Of a DNA stretch of 64,000 nucleotides, positions 18,707 to 29,388 are shown in pieces. The translations under genes and the position numbers were made by a program. Below the pieces are notes generated by a model that did no database searches, had not been told where the DNA came from, and saw only the letters and a program-made list of their open reading frames with translations. Position 1 is the stretch's first letter; the number at the start of each line of letters is the position of its first letter. This DNA comes from a virus (lineage: Duplodnaviria > Caudoviricetes): IMG/VR virus record IMGVR_UViG_3300025735_000294, positions 1 through 64,000 of that record; one strand, 5' to 3'.

Positions 18707-18827
18707 TAACCTGACTTTATACGGAAATCAGCCAGTAGGGGATGTCGATAACCTCCCTCAATGGCGTGCCCTGAGAATGAATAAGTCGGTAGAAGAGAAA
18801 TATAAAGCTAAACCAGGCCGCCGCTGA
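18640..18827 (+). CDS. Small +1-frame ORF overlapping the pmgB end (possible frameshift extension, G-T type chaperone)
   Basis: GWITLIDNLTLYGNQPVGDVDNLPQWRALRMN fills the gap to the tape measure; no clear start with RBS. Confidence 0.5.
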
Positions 18828-18847
18828 CGGCACTGACAGGATGATGC

Positions 18848-21800
18848 ATGAAAGGTAACACTGATCGCGTTGCAATAATCAATGCAATTGAGCACGCAAG
18901 CCGGGAGGAATTAACAGCGCTTTCGGCCATAGAAAAATCCATTCGTGGGATGGGGAATGCAGTAGACGGTGCTGAGGCGAAGGTCACTTCACGTCTTCGC
19001 CAGCGCACCGTAAATCAGGCTGATGTTGACCCTGGACGTCGACCTAATCCGTACCGGCGCTCCTTGAGCAAATCAAAAAATCGCAAGCAACCTCCACGAG
19101 TCAATAAATCTGCTGCCGCGCCATCGACGGCTGTTTCAGTTCGTCCCAGAAAGCCTTTTGATATTGAGGCAGACGGCGAACGTGCGCCACTCAAAATCAA
19201 ACTTAAGATCGAACAGGAAGAGCCAAAAAAACAGGGACCCAAGAGAGACAGTAACGGACGATATATTTCACAAGATGCAGCAGCCCAAAATCGACAGAAA
19301 TTACATGATCGGGCCAATGGGGACCTAAAAAATGGGTTCTTCCGTAAACTCGGAAGTCTTTTTGGAGAGTCATCAAAGGGAGGTGGCGGCGGTGATAACG
19401 CTATTGGTGATGCTGTAGGCTTATCTGCTGGTGGTCCCTTATGGATGGCAACTAAGGGGCTTTATGACATGGGCAAAGCCGCCCATAAAAATGTGGTTTC
19501 GATGTCCGACTGGATGAAAGATAAGGAGCAAGAGCAGGGCGAGAAAAATAAAAAGTGGTTCGCTCGTAAGCAAAAACCCGCGTCTCCCGTTACAGATAAT
19601 GTCATTCATTACCCTGCGGCTACTGCCGCGCATACTACGGCTCCGGTCTTAGGATCAGCTAAAACATTTGGCAATGCAGCTGAAGTCAAATCGGCAAAGG
19701 CAGTCGAAGAGCAGACTAAAAAATTAGCTGCTAATGATGAGCGAATAGTTGATGGTCTTGATGATGTTCAGGACGAGATCCAGAAGTTAAGGAAGTCACT
19801 TAAAAATGGATTTGGTTTATCGCTCCCCAGGCGTTTCCCCGGCAGGCCCGGAAGAAATAACAGAACACCTAGTAAACCTGGTAAAAATTCTCCAAAAGAA
19901 AAGCCTAAGAGGTCCAATAATAGTAACCCCGGCAACAAAAAGCCTCCAAAGAAAAATCTCCTGAAGAAAGTATTGTCTTCGGGAAAAACTAAAATTATTG
20001 GGGGGCTTTTAGCAGGCGCAACTGCTATTGGAGGGGCGCTTTTGACCAAAAAAACGAAAGCTCCAGCTCTAGATAACCTGACACCAGATAAATCAGTAAA
20101 ACAAGCTACTAAAACTACCGAAAAGGCAGCTGAAAAAGCCGCGGTAAAGACTGCTGAAAAAACCACGGCTAAAACAGCTGAAAACACTGCGGAGAAAGCA
20201 GCGAAGGTTGCGGCAACAAAATCCACTGAAGTTGTTGCAGAAAAGGGCGCGGTTGCCGCTTCTGAAAAGGTGGGTGAAAAAACCCTGGCAAAGGGTGCTG
20301 CGCATACCGGGGCAAAAATAGCTGGGAAAACAGCGCTAAAAGCTATTCCCTTGGTAGGGACGGCATTGGGTGTCGGCTGGGATGCGGTTGATGGTTGGTC
20401 GGATGAAGACAATCAGCGAAAAGCCTTCAAGCTTGCTGATGATCAGGAAGTTTCTACCCGCCAAAAAGCAACCTTTTCCGCTGCGAGTATTCTCGATCTC
20501 GGTGGTTTGGTTTCTGGTGGTTCAAGCTTGCTTGGCTCTGGGCTTTCAGCCATTGGCTTAGATGGCATTGGCAATAAGATGCAGTTTGATACGGCTGATA
20601 TTGCAGCTGGGCTGAATGGCGCCATTGAAGGAGCGAAAACCGGCATTATTTCGCTTACTGATGGTGCGAAATCATTCTTCACTGCTGATACAAAAGCCTC
20701 TAAGGAGATCGCAAAGGCTGTAGATGACGGAGCGGGTAAAACTGTCATTGCGATAAATTCCCTTGGAACGAAACTTCAGGGCGGCACCTTTGGGGAGGAC
20801 GGTGTTGGGACATACGGGACCAACGTTTCAGATTTCAATTCTCCGTCAGAAAACAATATCGGAACGGATCTCAATATTGGTGGCCAGAACGCCAAAAACC
20901 GCTCATTCCGAAATAACAACTTTGGCAACCTGAATTACATAGGACAAGAAGGGGCATCCCTCGAAGCCAAAAATAGTAAAGGCGAAGCCCGATTTGCGCG
21001 CTTCAACACCCCTGAAGAGGGTATGCGTGCATTAGCAAATCAGGTGACGCTGTATTCGACAGGGAGAAGTAAAGCCGCCGGATATCAGAAACTCGAAACC
21101 GTTTCACAGATCATTTCAAAATGGGCTCCGACAAATGAGAATGATACCAACGCCTACATTCAGGCTGTCTCTCAGAAGTTAGGGGTGAAGCCCAACGACA
21201 AAATTGATACCAGCGATCAAAACGTCATGACCGCGCTAATCCGGGCTATCGCAACGCATGAAGGCGGCAACCCTCAGGTAAACGATGATTTTATCAAATC
21301 AGCGATCGGGAACTATGACAGTGCTTCAGGCAAGTGGGTTGGCGGGCAGTTCTCTGATGAGTCGTTAGCGAAAGTCAATGAGGAGCGAGCAAAGCAGGGG
21401 CAAGGAGCTGTGTCGAAAGATTCGCTCTACAGCTCAGGCAGTAAGGTTAAGTTACATGGTGGCGCTCAGGCGAGCGTTATTCCTAAATCTGTCCCGCTGG
21501 TATCCCCAACTGCCAGCCCGGTAAGCAATGAGGCTTATGCCAAAGCTGAAGCAGCCCAAAATAATAGCGTCACCGCGCAAAAAGTTGAGACATCATCCGG
21601 CGAGGAAGCGCCGAAGACGATTGACGCTCAAATTAGTGAACAAAATGCATCACTGATGAATGAGTTGGCTAATGCCAAATCACCAGAAGAGATAGCTGCA
21701 ATTGCGGCAAAAGCTAAGAGCGGCCAACAGGGAATGCTCGATATGCTCGCTGGTGGCCAGCTTCCATCTTTGGCTATGCCAGAACTGCCAGCAGCGGTGC

Positions 21801-22666
21801 AGGAGAAGGTTAGCCAGGTCAAGGAGCTTGTAGCCAAATCTGGGGCACGCATTGGTTTCCGTCGGCCCGGTTCAGAGTTAAGCACGCCTAGTGGTCAGGA
21901 AATTCCTGCAGGATTGATTGGCGCCACTGAAAATCCCACAGATTTAGCTAAACGACGTTCAGCAAAGGCAAAGGTTGAGGGGGTCGATCTCATCGGGAGT
22001 TCCGCACCTGAGGCTATACCAGGACCAGCAGGGGAAAATCAATCTATTTTGACCGGTCGGGAAGCTGGCGAGGATAAGGGATTACTTGGCTCATTAATGG
22101 ACTCGTCCCTCACAGGACTAAAAAACGTGGGCGCGGCAGTCCTACCTGCTTTAGGAGATCGGGCATCCAACCTCATTGGGGGGATTCAGGGAACCAATGT
22201 GGTGAACGATCTTATTACCCGATTCTCCGGGAATAATACCAATATTACCCGCGCGGTTAGCCCTTTAACACAGCGTGCCGGTGAGTATCTAAATGGTGGT
22301 ATTCAATCAGCTGCTGATGGCACTAAAAATACATTAAACGACATCAACAACTCACTCTTCTCCCCATCCTCGGTAGTGGCAAGGCAGGAGCCAATTTATT
22401 CAATGCCACGACAAATGCCGACAGTAACGGACTTGGCCGCCAGCGGCGTTCGCCAACCAACTACTGCTGACAAGGGAAATCACGATCTGGATATCCTGAA
22501 ATCTCTTGAGCGGCTGAATTCGACGCTAGGCGATTTACTTGGGGTTAGCAAAACCGCCGCCAAAAAAGAGCCTGATCGCGTAACAAGCACTGCCCAACCA
22601 GCTCCACGCGAGAGAGTCAGCACTTCTATCAACGATCCGTCTTTGGACGCGCTACTCAAAGATTGA
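18848..22666 (+). CDS. sit: Tape measure protein with lytic transglycosylase-like domain (P1 Sit-like)
   Basis: 1272 aa; RNNNFGNL, ARF.TPEEG.RAL, II.KWAP..ENDT.AYI..V, AIA.HEG lysozyme-like domain. Confidence 0.85.
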   Translation: MKGNTDRVAIINAIEHASREELTALSAIEKSIRGMGNAVDGAEAKVTSRLRQRTVNQADVDPGRRPNPYRRSLSKSKNRKQPPRVNKSAAAPSTAVSVRPRKPFDIEADGERAPLKIKLKIEQEEPKKQGPKRDSNGRYISQDAAAQNRQKLHDRANGDLKNGFFRKLGSLFGESSKGGGGGDNAIGDAVGLSAGGPLWMATKGLYDMGKAAHKNVVSMSDWMKDKEQEQGEKNKKWFARKQKPASPVTDNVIHYPAATAAHTTAPVLGSAKTFGNAAEVKSAKAVEEQTKKLAANDERIVDGLDDVQDEIQKLRKSLKNGFGLSLPRRFPGRPGRNNRTPSKPGKNSPKEKPKRSNNSNPGNKKPPKKNLLKKVLSSGKTKIIGGLLAGATAIGGALLTKKTKAPALDNLTPDKSVKQATKTTEKAAEKAAVKTAEKTTAKTAENTAEKAAKVAATKSTEVVAEKGAVAASEKVGEKTLAKGAAHTGAKIAGKTALKAIPLVGTALGVGWDAVDGWSDEDNQRKAFKLADDQEVSTRQKATFSAASILDLGGLVSGGSSLLGSGLSAIGLDGIGNKMQFDTADIAAGLNGAIEGAKTGIISLTDGAKSFFTADTKASKEIAKAVDDGAGKTVIAINSLGTKLQGGTFGEDGVGTYGTNVSDFNSPSENNIGTDLNIGGQNAKNRSFRNNNFGNLNYIGQEGASLEAKNSKGEARFARFNTPEEGMRALANQVTLYSTGRSKAAGYQKLETVSQIISKWAPTNENDTNAYIQAVSQKLGVKPNDKIDTSDQNVMTALIRAIATHEGGNPQVNDDFIKSAIGNYDSASGKWVGGQFSDESLAKVNEERAKQGQGAVSKDSLYSSGSKVKLHGGAQASVIPKSVPLVSPTASPVSNEAYAKAEAAQNNSVTAQKVETSSGEEAPKTIDAQISEQNASLMNELANAKSPEEIAAIAAKAKSGQQGMLDMLAGGQLPSLAMPELPAAVQEKVSQVKELVAKSGARIGFRRPGSELSTPSGQEIPAGLIGATENPTDLAKRRSAKAKVEGVDLIGSSAPEAIPGPAGENQSILTGREAGEDKGLLGSLMDSSLTGLKNVGAAVLPALGDRASNLIGGIQGTNVVNDLITRFSGNNTNITRAVSPLTQRAGEYLNGGIQSAADGTKNTLNDINNSLFSPSSVVARQEPIYSMPRQMPTVTDLAASGVRQPTTADKGNHDLDILKSLERLNSTLGDLLGVSKTAAKKEPDRVTSTAQPAPRERVSTSINDPSLDALLKD

Positions 22667-22676
22667 GGACAAAATC

Positions 22677-23045
22677 ATGTTGCGAGAGATAGACCCTATG
22701 CTTCGTGTGAATGAAAGCGGAGTAGTGATTAACGAAGGAGATAAAGAATCTTGGATGGTGAGGTTAGAAGAATGGCTGCTTACGCCGGTCGGCACCGTTT
22801 ACGGACTCCCACACTGGGGTAATCCCATTGCTGAATTTAAGCATGAGCCGATAGGGGAGGGAAGTTCTCACGTAGAGGTCGCGATTGAAAACAGACTGGC
22901 AAAAAAACTACGTGCCGATCTGCCTGGCCTCAATCTTCAGGCGATCCGTTGTGAGTCAATTAGTGAAGATAAAATATCGGTCGCCTTCTATGCAAAAGGC
23001 GGTGTCACAAAGGCTGTGTTGCAGAATACTTCAGGGAGTTTATAA
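22677..23045 (+). CDS. pmgA: Baseplate wedge protein, gp25-like (P1 PmgA)
   Basis: RL.EWL.TP.G.VYG.P.WGN..EFKHEP. Confidence 0.75.
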   Translation: MLREIDPMLRVNESGVVINEGDKESWMVRLEEWLLTPVGTVYGLPHWGNPIAEFKHEPIGEGSSHVEVAIENRLAKKLRADLPGLNLQAIRCESISEDKISVAFYAKGGVTKAVLQNTSGSL

Positions 23046-24497
23046 GTGAGCCTAAGCGATTTATTGGCACGGTTTAACGCCATTTTGAGTGAAAACAAAT
23101 GGTGGTCCAGATATGCAAATTCTCAGTTCGTTCAGATGATGACTGTGTTTGCCTCGCAAGTGATCTACATAGCGCAAACATTTGCGAGTAGAGCACTTGC
23201 TGAAGGTTTTCTTTCAACAGCTGCACAGCGTTCAAGCATTCTTGCTGCTGCGGAGGATCGGGGCTATGTGGGGCGTTTTGTTACCCCATCGCATGGAAGC
23301 GTGTCTATAAAAAATAAGACCGATAAGGACATCATCCTCCCTCCTAATGCTGAACTTCTCACGAGCGACCAAACCGCTATATGTACCTTAAGTCACGTTG
23401 TGATCCCAGCGGGAAAAACTATAGGTGGTATAGAGGTGTTACAGCGTGAAGCTATGAGCATTTACTATGAGATAGATTCAGAAATACCGTTTAAAACGTT
23501 GCTTCTACCACGAGATGTTACGGCAGAGGTTTCCGCTTTAGACGTATTTCTCGTAACAGGTACTGAAAATAATCAGCACGAGGTCAAATGGACTTATAAC
23601 CCATTATTTCGTATGTCTCGCAGCACCAGTCAACACTACACCTTGCTATATAAACCAACCGAGCAGATCGGCGTTCGTTTTGGCGATGGTTCAATGGGGA
23701 AAATGCCGCCATCTGATTGCACAGTGCGCATTGATGTTTGGGCTAGCTCTGGTGACTATACGCTGGCCGAAGGACAGAAACTTGAGGCGGCCGGAAATAT
23801 CGCAAACTACAAAGATGCGCTGGAAATAATCAGTGACAGCGTGATTACCGGCGGTGATGGGCTTGAGTCAACCGAAGTTACTCGCATGAGAGCCATGTAT
23901 TACGTGCCATTTGATGAGCAAGTTGTATGGAGCGGTGATTATCGTCATTTTATAGACGGGCGCGTGAGTAATATTGCCTGGCTAAATGCATGGGGCGAAG
24001 CTCGCCAGGAGGAAATTACAGGGTTTGATGTTCGCAACATTAACCGGATTTTCTTCAGTGGCAATAAAAGCGGCCTTACTCAGGAGGAATTTGCTGCTGA
24101 GGTGATGGAAGCACTTGCTGATGTCCCTAATGAACTTAATAAAAAGTTTGAATATGTACCATTAAACGAAATGCCATTTACGATAGCTTTTAATGGGATT
24201 CTTAAGAAAGATGAAGTAGTAGAGGATTCGGAAAAGGCCGTACAAGATATACTTAATGAACGGTTTGGGCGGGAATCACCATATTTTAAAGAGAAACTGG
24301 AAAATGAAAACGATAAACAGCAGGGCCGGGCTGTTGTTGAAATTAAAGAAATTTGGAGTGCAGTAGAGTCATTGGGGTTATTTATTTCATATGAAATTGA
24401 AGTCGTGAATAAAAAAGAAGCAGTGGCTTATAATGATTTTGTCTATATGGATGTCTCCGAATCTGTTTTTAATATTGATTACCAGAAGGCGAACTAA
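23046..24497 (+). CDS. bplA: Baseplate wedge protein, gpJ/gp6-like (P1 BplA)
   Basis: E.FLSTA..RSSILAAAEDRGY, VRFGDGS.G..P, GG...ES..TR..A.Y. Confidence 0.85.
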   Translation: MSLSDLLARFNAILSENKWWSRYANSQFVQMMTVFASQVIYIAQTFASRALAEGFLSTAAQRSSILAAAEDRGYVGRFVTPSHGSVSIKNKTDKDIILPPNAELLTSDQTAICTLSHVVIPAGKTIGGIEVLQREAMSIYYEIDSEIPFKTLLLPRDVTAEVSALDVFLVTGTENNQHEVKWTYNPLFRMSRSTSQHYTLLYKPTEQIGVRFGDGSMGKMPPSDCTVRIDVWASSGDYTLAEGQKLEAAGNIANYKDALEIISDSVITGGDGLESTEVTRMRAMYYVPFDEQVVWSGDYRHFIDGRVSNIAWLNAWGEARQEEITGFDVRNINRIFFSGNKSGLTQEEFAAEVMEALADVPNELNKKFEYVPLNEMPFTIAFNGILKKDEVVEDSEKAVQDILNERFGRESPYFKEKLENENDKQQGRAVVEIKEIWSAVESLGLFISYEIEVVNKKEAVAYNDFVYMDVSESVFNIDYQKAN

Positions 24498-24499
24498 AG

Positions 24500-26428
24500 A
24501 TGAGAGCTAACTGGCTGAAGGATCGACTAACGCAAGCAAAAGCAAATTCCCCCCTCTGGGCAGCTTTCGCAGATGCACTGCAAACAATCTGGGGAGAAGA
24601 AGTGGAAGGTACGCTAACGCGCATTAGCGAACGTAAAAACTTCTTCACTATGGACCCGGAAGACGTGGAAACCCGTATATCTGAATACGGGCGTTTCTTC
24701 ACTATCACAGAGAAAGACGCAACGCGTAAGCCCATGCTATTAACGCAGAGGCTGGACGAGGTTCACTTTAAAGGTACTGACAGACCGTTAGAGCAAACCT
24801 TTTGGCGTGAATTCGGGGAAATGCCGGTCACTTGGGAAGGACTTTACGCACCAGTCAATCTTGATGCATTTCCTTATGGTTCAGTTTTCATAACTGAAGC
24901 AGATGTAGCGGTTTCTGAAGCTATTTATGGAGAATTTTTTCTGACATCCAGAGGGATGATTCTCATTAATCTTAATGATCTGGCTACTCGCTACGGAAGG
25001 ATGGACAAAGATGAAGCCGTAGAACGTCTATTGAAAGACTTCGATCGAATAGTAGCCCCTCTTCTCCCGCTTCATATTGTCTTTGATGGCGTTACTCTTC
25101 GCTTAGTAGTCGAGTTCAAACCTGAATATACCGAAGAATTGCATCAAACCCGAATCGAGGTGGTTAACAAGCCATTAGAGTCATTTGCGTCTGCAGAGGA
25201 TTCCGTAATGTTATCTTCGTCTGCGGGTATCGCAACTGAATTCACCGATCTGTACCAACCAAAAAAGGCATTGCAAATATCATGGGATACAATGCCGGTC
25301 GATGCTTGGCTGATAGACTTTGATGTGCTCAATCAAATTAAAGTCATACCATCGCCTGAAGTAACACATCTTTACCTTCTCCCTGGGGAAACAAAGCGAA
25401 TACATGTCACGCTTACGCCAGAAAGCTCAAAAGATGCTTATTTCTCAGCCTATGAAGATGATTCCAGTATTTGTAATGCAACGTTTGATGATGCATATGT
25501 GACAGTTACTGGTAAGTGGCTGGGAAATACTACCGTTCAAGTCATCAGCAATACGGGAAATGTTGAGCTAATCTATATCGATGTTATGGCTGGGGCGAAG
25601 TTTGATGTGACATTCAACTCTTATTTAGCCCCTATTTTCTACGCAAATGAGGGGGCTGAATTTATTGTGGATTGGGGCGATGGCGTTCCGGGGAGAGACT
25701 ACGTTCAATATAGTTCAGGGAAAAATGGCTACATACCTTCCGAGCACATATATGAAGAGAATCGGTCCTATACTGTTACTGTTTACGGTTCTGATTCGAT
25801 TGCTTTTGGGCAGTCTGGAACATCCACACCCATAAACAGCATATCTAAAGTACATATGATTGCAGGGGCTAGAACTAAAGCTGACTATATTTTTTATAAC
25901 CAAAATAAATTAACGTTAATAAGCAATATTTGCCTGCCTAACATTATTAGTGCTATTTCAATGGCGGAGGGATGCAGTTTACTTGAATCATTACCGGATG
26001 ATTTTTTAACTGATGAAACGGATATCGAAAATCTTGAAGGGAGTTTCAGGCTTTCTGGCATAACTTCATTGCCTGTTGGTTTTTTGAAAAAAGCCGCAAA
26101 AATTAAAAGCATGTATAGAACTTTTGCCTATTGTCCTTTGAAAACTGTGGAAAGTGGAATGTTAAATTCTTGCTCGTCATCTCTGACGACTGGTGCACAT
26201 ATGTTCTTCTGTTGCTATGAGCTAATTTCGGATGTCAATGAAATATTTTCAGCCAATAGTTATAACAATATTACCAATTCTACCTCCATGTTCAGTAATG
26301 CAATAAACGTAACTGGTAGGGGAATGCTATTGATCGAGAAAATGCCAAACTTGAAATCTCATACTAACATGTTCACAAAATGCACAAAGCTTGATGATTG
26401 GGTGGAAATACCAACTGGATGGTACTGA
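24500..26428 (+). CDS. Baseplate protein (P1 gp16-like N-terminus) with Ig-like, PKD-like and BspA/LRR-like C-terminal extension
   Basis: N-terminal WL..RLT..K..S.LW, QR.DE.HFKGT; then LLPGET..I.VTLTP, FIVDWGDG, repeats MF..C..L, terminal IPTGWY. Confidence 0.7.
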   Translation: MRANWLKDRLTQAKANSPLWAAFADALQTIWGEEVEGTLTRISERKNFFTMDPEDVETRISEYGRFFTITEKDATRKPMLLTQRLDEVHFKGTDRPLEQTFWREFGEMPVTWEGLYAPVNLDAFPYGSVFITEADVAVSEAIYGEFFLTSRGMILINLNDLATRYGRMDKDEAVERLLKDFDRIVAPLLPLHIVFDGVTLRLVVEFKPEYTEELHQTRIEVVNKPLESFASAEDSVMLSSSAGIATEFTDLYQPKKALQISWDTMPVDAWLIDFDVLNQIKVIPSPEVTHLYLLPGETKRIHVTLTPESSKDAYFSAYEDDSSICNATFDDAYVTVTGKWLGNTTVQVISNTGNVELIYIDVMAGAKFDVTFNSYLAPIFYANEGAEFIVDWGDGVPGRDYVQYSSGKNGYIPSEHIYEENRSYTVTVYGSDSIAFGQSGTSTPINSISKVHMIAGARTKADYIFYNQNKLTLISNICLPNIISAISMAEGCSLLESLPDDFLTDETDIENLEGSFRLSGITSLPVGFLKKAAKIKSMYRTFAYCPLKTVESGMLNSCSSSLTTGAHMFFCCYELISDVNEIFSANSYNNITNSTSMFSNAINVTGRGMLLIEKMPNLKSHTNMFTKCTKLDDWVEIPTGWY

Positions 26429-26464
26429 TTATGCCAAGCCTGATTTGCTAACAGGTAACACTCT

Positions 26465-26485
26465 AAATCACACACTCCATACACT
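26465..26485 (+). promoter_or_regulatory. Late promoter motif upstream of tail-fibre operon
   Basis: AAATCACACACTCCATACACT. Confidence 0.75.
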
Positions 26486-26518
26486 CCGTTGCATTAACTA
26501 CTATGTAACGGAGGTTTT

Positions 26519-26983
26519 ATGGCTGACATCCTCGCCGTCGAAGAAGGTGGCACACTTTACAAATCTCAGCTGCTCACTTATTACTACACCCGCCGAGCCG
26601 AATCTTCAATCGGGCAGGGTGAGCGATTTTTAATAAAGCATGCCTACTGGGGTAAAACTGACCTTGTAACCAAAAGTGATGGAGATGGCTGGGACATTGC
26701 CGATATACCATTAGACTTTTCTTTGGAAGATCTACAGTCTCACTTCGCAACTAATGACCTGATCTGCTCCGTTCAGGGAACGACAATCGCCATTAATATT
26801 TCACTGCCAAGAGAACAGCTTGAGGCTGGATCTCGATATGACTTCAATACGCTCGTGCTAGTGGATTCAGAAGGTGAACCTTTTGCTGTCATGTGTACCC
26901 AACAGGAAACGATGTATGCGGAGAAAAGCTACAACATTTTCGTGACGATTGAACAAGTTGGGGGAACCGAAGATGACAGTTAA
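26519..26983 (+). CDS. Tail fibre attachment protein (P1 gpR-like)
   Basis: LYKSQLL.YYY.RRAES.I, AYWG, Y.FNTLVL.D; directly before the fibre gene. Confidence 0.7.
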   Translation: MADILAVEEGGTLYKSQLLTYYYTRRAESSIGQGERFLIKHAYWGKTDLVTKSDGDGWDIADIPLDFSLEDLQSHFATNDLICSVQGTTIAINISLPREQLEAGSRYDFNTLVLVDSEGEPFAVMCTQQETMYAEKSYNIFVTIEQVGGTEDDS

Positions 26984-28664
26984 AGTTGTTTCGATAATGT
27001 CAGCTGAAACGACCTTCCCACTATTGGCCGACGTTCAGTACATGGAGCCATATGGTTCAGCAGCATTCAACCGAAAGTTAAAGAACATTATTAGACCTGG
27101 GTTCTTCGAAGGATTCACACCAGTGCCAGGTAATGGGCTTGAACTCATCATTCGTTCTGATAATTCCGGCGGTGCCGCGTCTGTTGACGTTAATGGATTG
27201 CAAATCACAGTACAGCAAAATAGTGATGTGAGTCTATTATTGCCGCCGGGTTCAACATCTATCATTGTGCTGGAAGCCAATTACGTACATGGAGTAAAAA
27301 CGACACAGGTCGATAGCTCTTCAAGCGTTCCTGCCACTCAGATTATTGCGTTAACTGATGATAAATTGGCTTCAAACCAGATTGAGGTTTGCCGCGTAAA
27401 TATTCCTGCTGGAGCTCAGCAGATCGATGAGTCGATGATTGACCAGTCACACCGTGTTAATCGTGGTATTGGCATCCAATTATCGAGCGAAATAGATAGT
27501 GACCGGGATGATATCGCAGCATCATCAAATGCGGTTAAAAAGCTTCACGAAATGATTTTGGGCATTGATTTTCCTGATGGCTCAACAGAGCAACCTGGTT
27601 TGGTTCAATTAAGTAGTGCAACCGATAGTGACGCTGAAGATAGAGCGGCAACACCGAAAGCGGTAAAGGTGGCAAATGATAACGCCAACGGACGCGTACC
27701 TTCAGAACGCAAAGTGAATGGCCGGGAGCTGACGGCTGATATCAGTGTAACCGCGCAGGACATTTTCAACGGTCAGACGGTGGGGCTTGGTAGTGCGGTT
27801 GATCTAAACAGTGTTACGACTCCGGGGCTTTATTATCAGCCAGCGAATGCGCAGGCCGAATCCGGGATGAATTACCCGGAGGCAAATGCCGGTTCGCTTG
27901 AGGTGTATAAGCATGCCGGTGTGACTCAGATTTACCGTGTCTACAACAATTCTCGCAGCTATATCCGCACCCTGTTTGACAGCGTGTGGTCCGCCTGGGC
28001 AAAGCAGTATGACGCGTCGAACAAGCCTACGCCAGCCGATATTGGCGCTTTGCCCCTAGGGGGCGGCAGGCTGACAGGAACGCTTGAGATTTATAATGGC
28101 GCACCCATCATTCAGCTCAGTGAGTCCGATACGGGCAAAAACTATTTCATTGTTGCAGATGGTAGCGGTTTTCGTATTAACGAAGATTCTACGGCTGGAA
28201 ATGCACTCCTTTCGTATGCTGGAGCGAGTAAAAAATTAGTCACTGTGGGCCAGATAGCTCCCGGTGATTGGACGAATATCGATGCGCGATACTACACAAA
28301 AGCACAATCAGATGCGGCATACATGCCGCGTACGGGGGCTTACACCAAAGCAGAATCCGATGCTCGGTATCAGCTTACCAGCTCCGCTGATACACATGGG
28401 ATTAGTGGGAAAATTTTGTGGTCGAAAAACGGGAAAACAGGCGTGATACGAATGACGGGGATAACCGATAACGTGACAAACAGTGGTCGTGTTGCATTCC
28501 CATTTGCTTTCCCAACTAAGTGCTACTCAGTGGTTGCCAATAGGCATAATTCGGATGGGCATTCGGCTGCAATGCAACCATATGATATCTCCACCTCAGG
28601 GTGGTATTTACGTATTGCCGGTGGTGGAACCGAGTCAATATCATGGACGGCAGAGGGCATTTAA
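26949..28664 (+). CDS. Tail fibre protein (P1 gpS-like constant N-terminus, distinct distal part)
   Basis: L.ADVQY.EPY.S.A.NRK..I.RPGF; fibre repeat GLVQLSSATDS..E..AATPKAVK; gp53-like C-terminal FP.AFP..C. Confidence 0.9.
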   Translation: MNKLGEPKMTVKVVSIMSAETTFPLLADVQYMEPYGSAAFNRKLKNIIRPGFFEGFTPVPGNGLELIIRSDNSGGAASVDVNGLQITVQQNSDVSLLLPPGSTSIIVLEANYVHGVKTTQVDSSSSVPATQIIALTDDKLASNQIEVCRVNIPAGAQQIDESMIDQSHRVNRGIGIQLSSEIDSDRDDIAASSNAVKKLHEMILGIDFPDGSTEQPGLVQLSSATDSDAEDRAATPKAVKVANDNANGRVPSERKVNGRELTADISVTAQDIFNGQTVGLGSAVDLNSVTTPGLYYQPANAQAESGMNYPEANAGSLEVYKHAGVTQIYRVYNNSRSYIRTLFDSVWSAWAKQYDASNKPTPADIGALPLGGGRLTGTLEIYNGAPIIQLSESDTGKNYFIVADGSGFRINEDSTAGNALLSYAGASKKLVTVGQIAPGDWTNIDARYYTKAQSDAAYMPRTGAYTKAESDARYQLTSSADTHGISGKILWSKNGKTGVIRMTGITDNVTNSGRVAFPFAFPTKCYSVVANRHNSDGHSAAMQPYDISTSGWYLRIAGGGTESISWTAEGI

Positions 28665-28665
28665 T

Positions 28666-29094
28666 ATGGGCTATGTATACCGACCATTAACTCGTGCTTT
28701 TTACAATGATGAGTTCGAAGCTGACTATCGAAAAGCTGGGACATGGCCCGGATTTTATGTCCGTGTGTCAGATGAAGATTATCAGAAGCTAATGGATGGC
28801 CAGTCCCAAGGGAAAGTCATTGTTACAGGGGAGCGCTGTTACCCGGTTTTGGCCGATCCTGTTATTGATTGGAATGCTGAAGCCGAAGCTAAGCGAGCAA
28901 TTCTGTTAGCTGAAGCAGCCACAGAAACTGCTGATTGGCGTATTGAGCTGCAACTAGATGTCATCAGTGATGAAGACAAAGACTTGTTAATTGACTGGAT
29001 GGCATACACTAAATTGCTGAAGGCGCTTCAGCTCGAATCCGTAGCAGATGAAGAGGGCTTTAAAGGAATAACCTGGCCTGCAGTGCCCGCGTAA
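28666..29094 (+). CDS. Tail fibre assembly chaperone (Tfa/gpU)
   Basis: AEAKRA.LLAEA, W..ELQL..ISDEDK..L..W..Y...L, I.WP..P. Confidence 0.9.
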   Translation: MGYVYRPLTRAFYNDEFEADYRKAGTWPGFYVRVSDEDYQKLMDGQSQGKVIVTGERCYPVLADPVIDWNAEAEAKRAILLAEAATETADWRIELQLDVISDEDKDLLIDWMAYTKLLKALQLESVADEEGFKGITWPAVPA

Positions 29095-29388
29095 CTCCAG
29101 GGCGATAGAAGACTATCGCCTTTTCTACAATTTCTGACAACCATGGTATCTCGCGGTTATAACGCTGCAATATCTTGTATGTCTTCGATAACTAGTGACA
29201 TCGGCATAATGGTTACATCATGTCCGATTTTTCGATCGCCAATAATGCAGCTAATCTCGCCAATAATTACATTATCGACGATTAATTTAGTTATATCGAA
29301 CGACGTAAACCATCAACTACATATCAACCTTAGGCGCTTTCAGTACATAAAATACAAAACACCATTCTGCATGATGCCTTAACGCTGG

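Noticed and set aside
20095-20330. K/A/T/E-rich repeats (KTAEK) in the tape measure and the long antisense ORF 19768-20412
   Set aside because: Low-complexity helical tape-measure sequence; the antisense ORF is its shadow
29143-29382. 79-aa ORF after the tail fibre chaperone
   Set aside because: No RBS or recognisable motif, and it runs up to the late promoter; the opposite strand has only a startless ~50-codon frame
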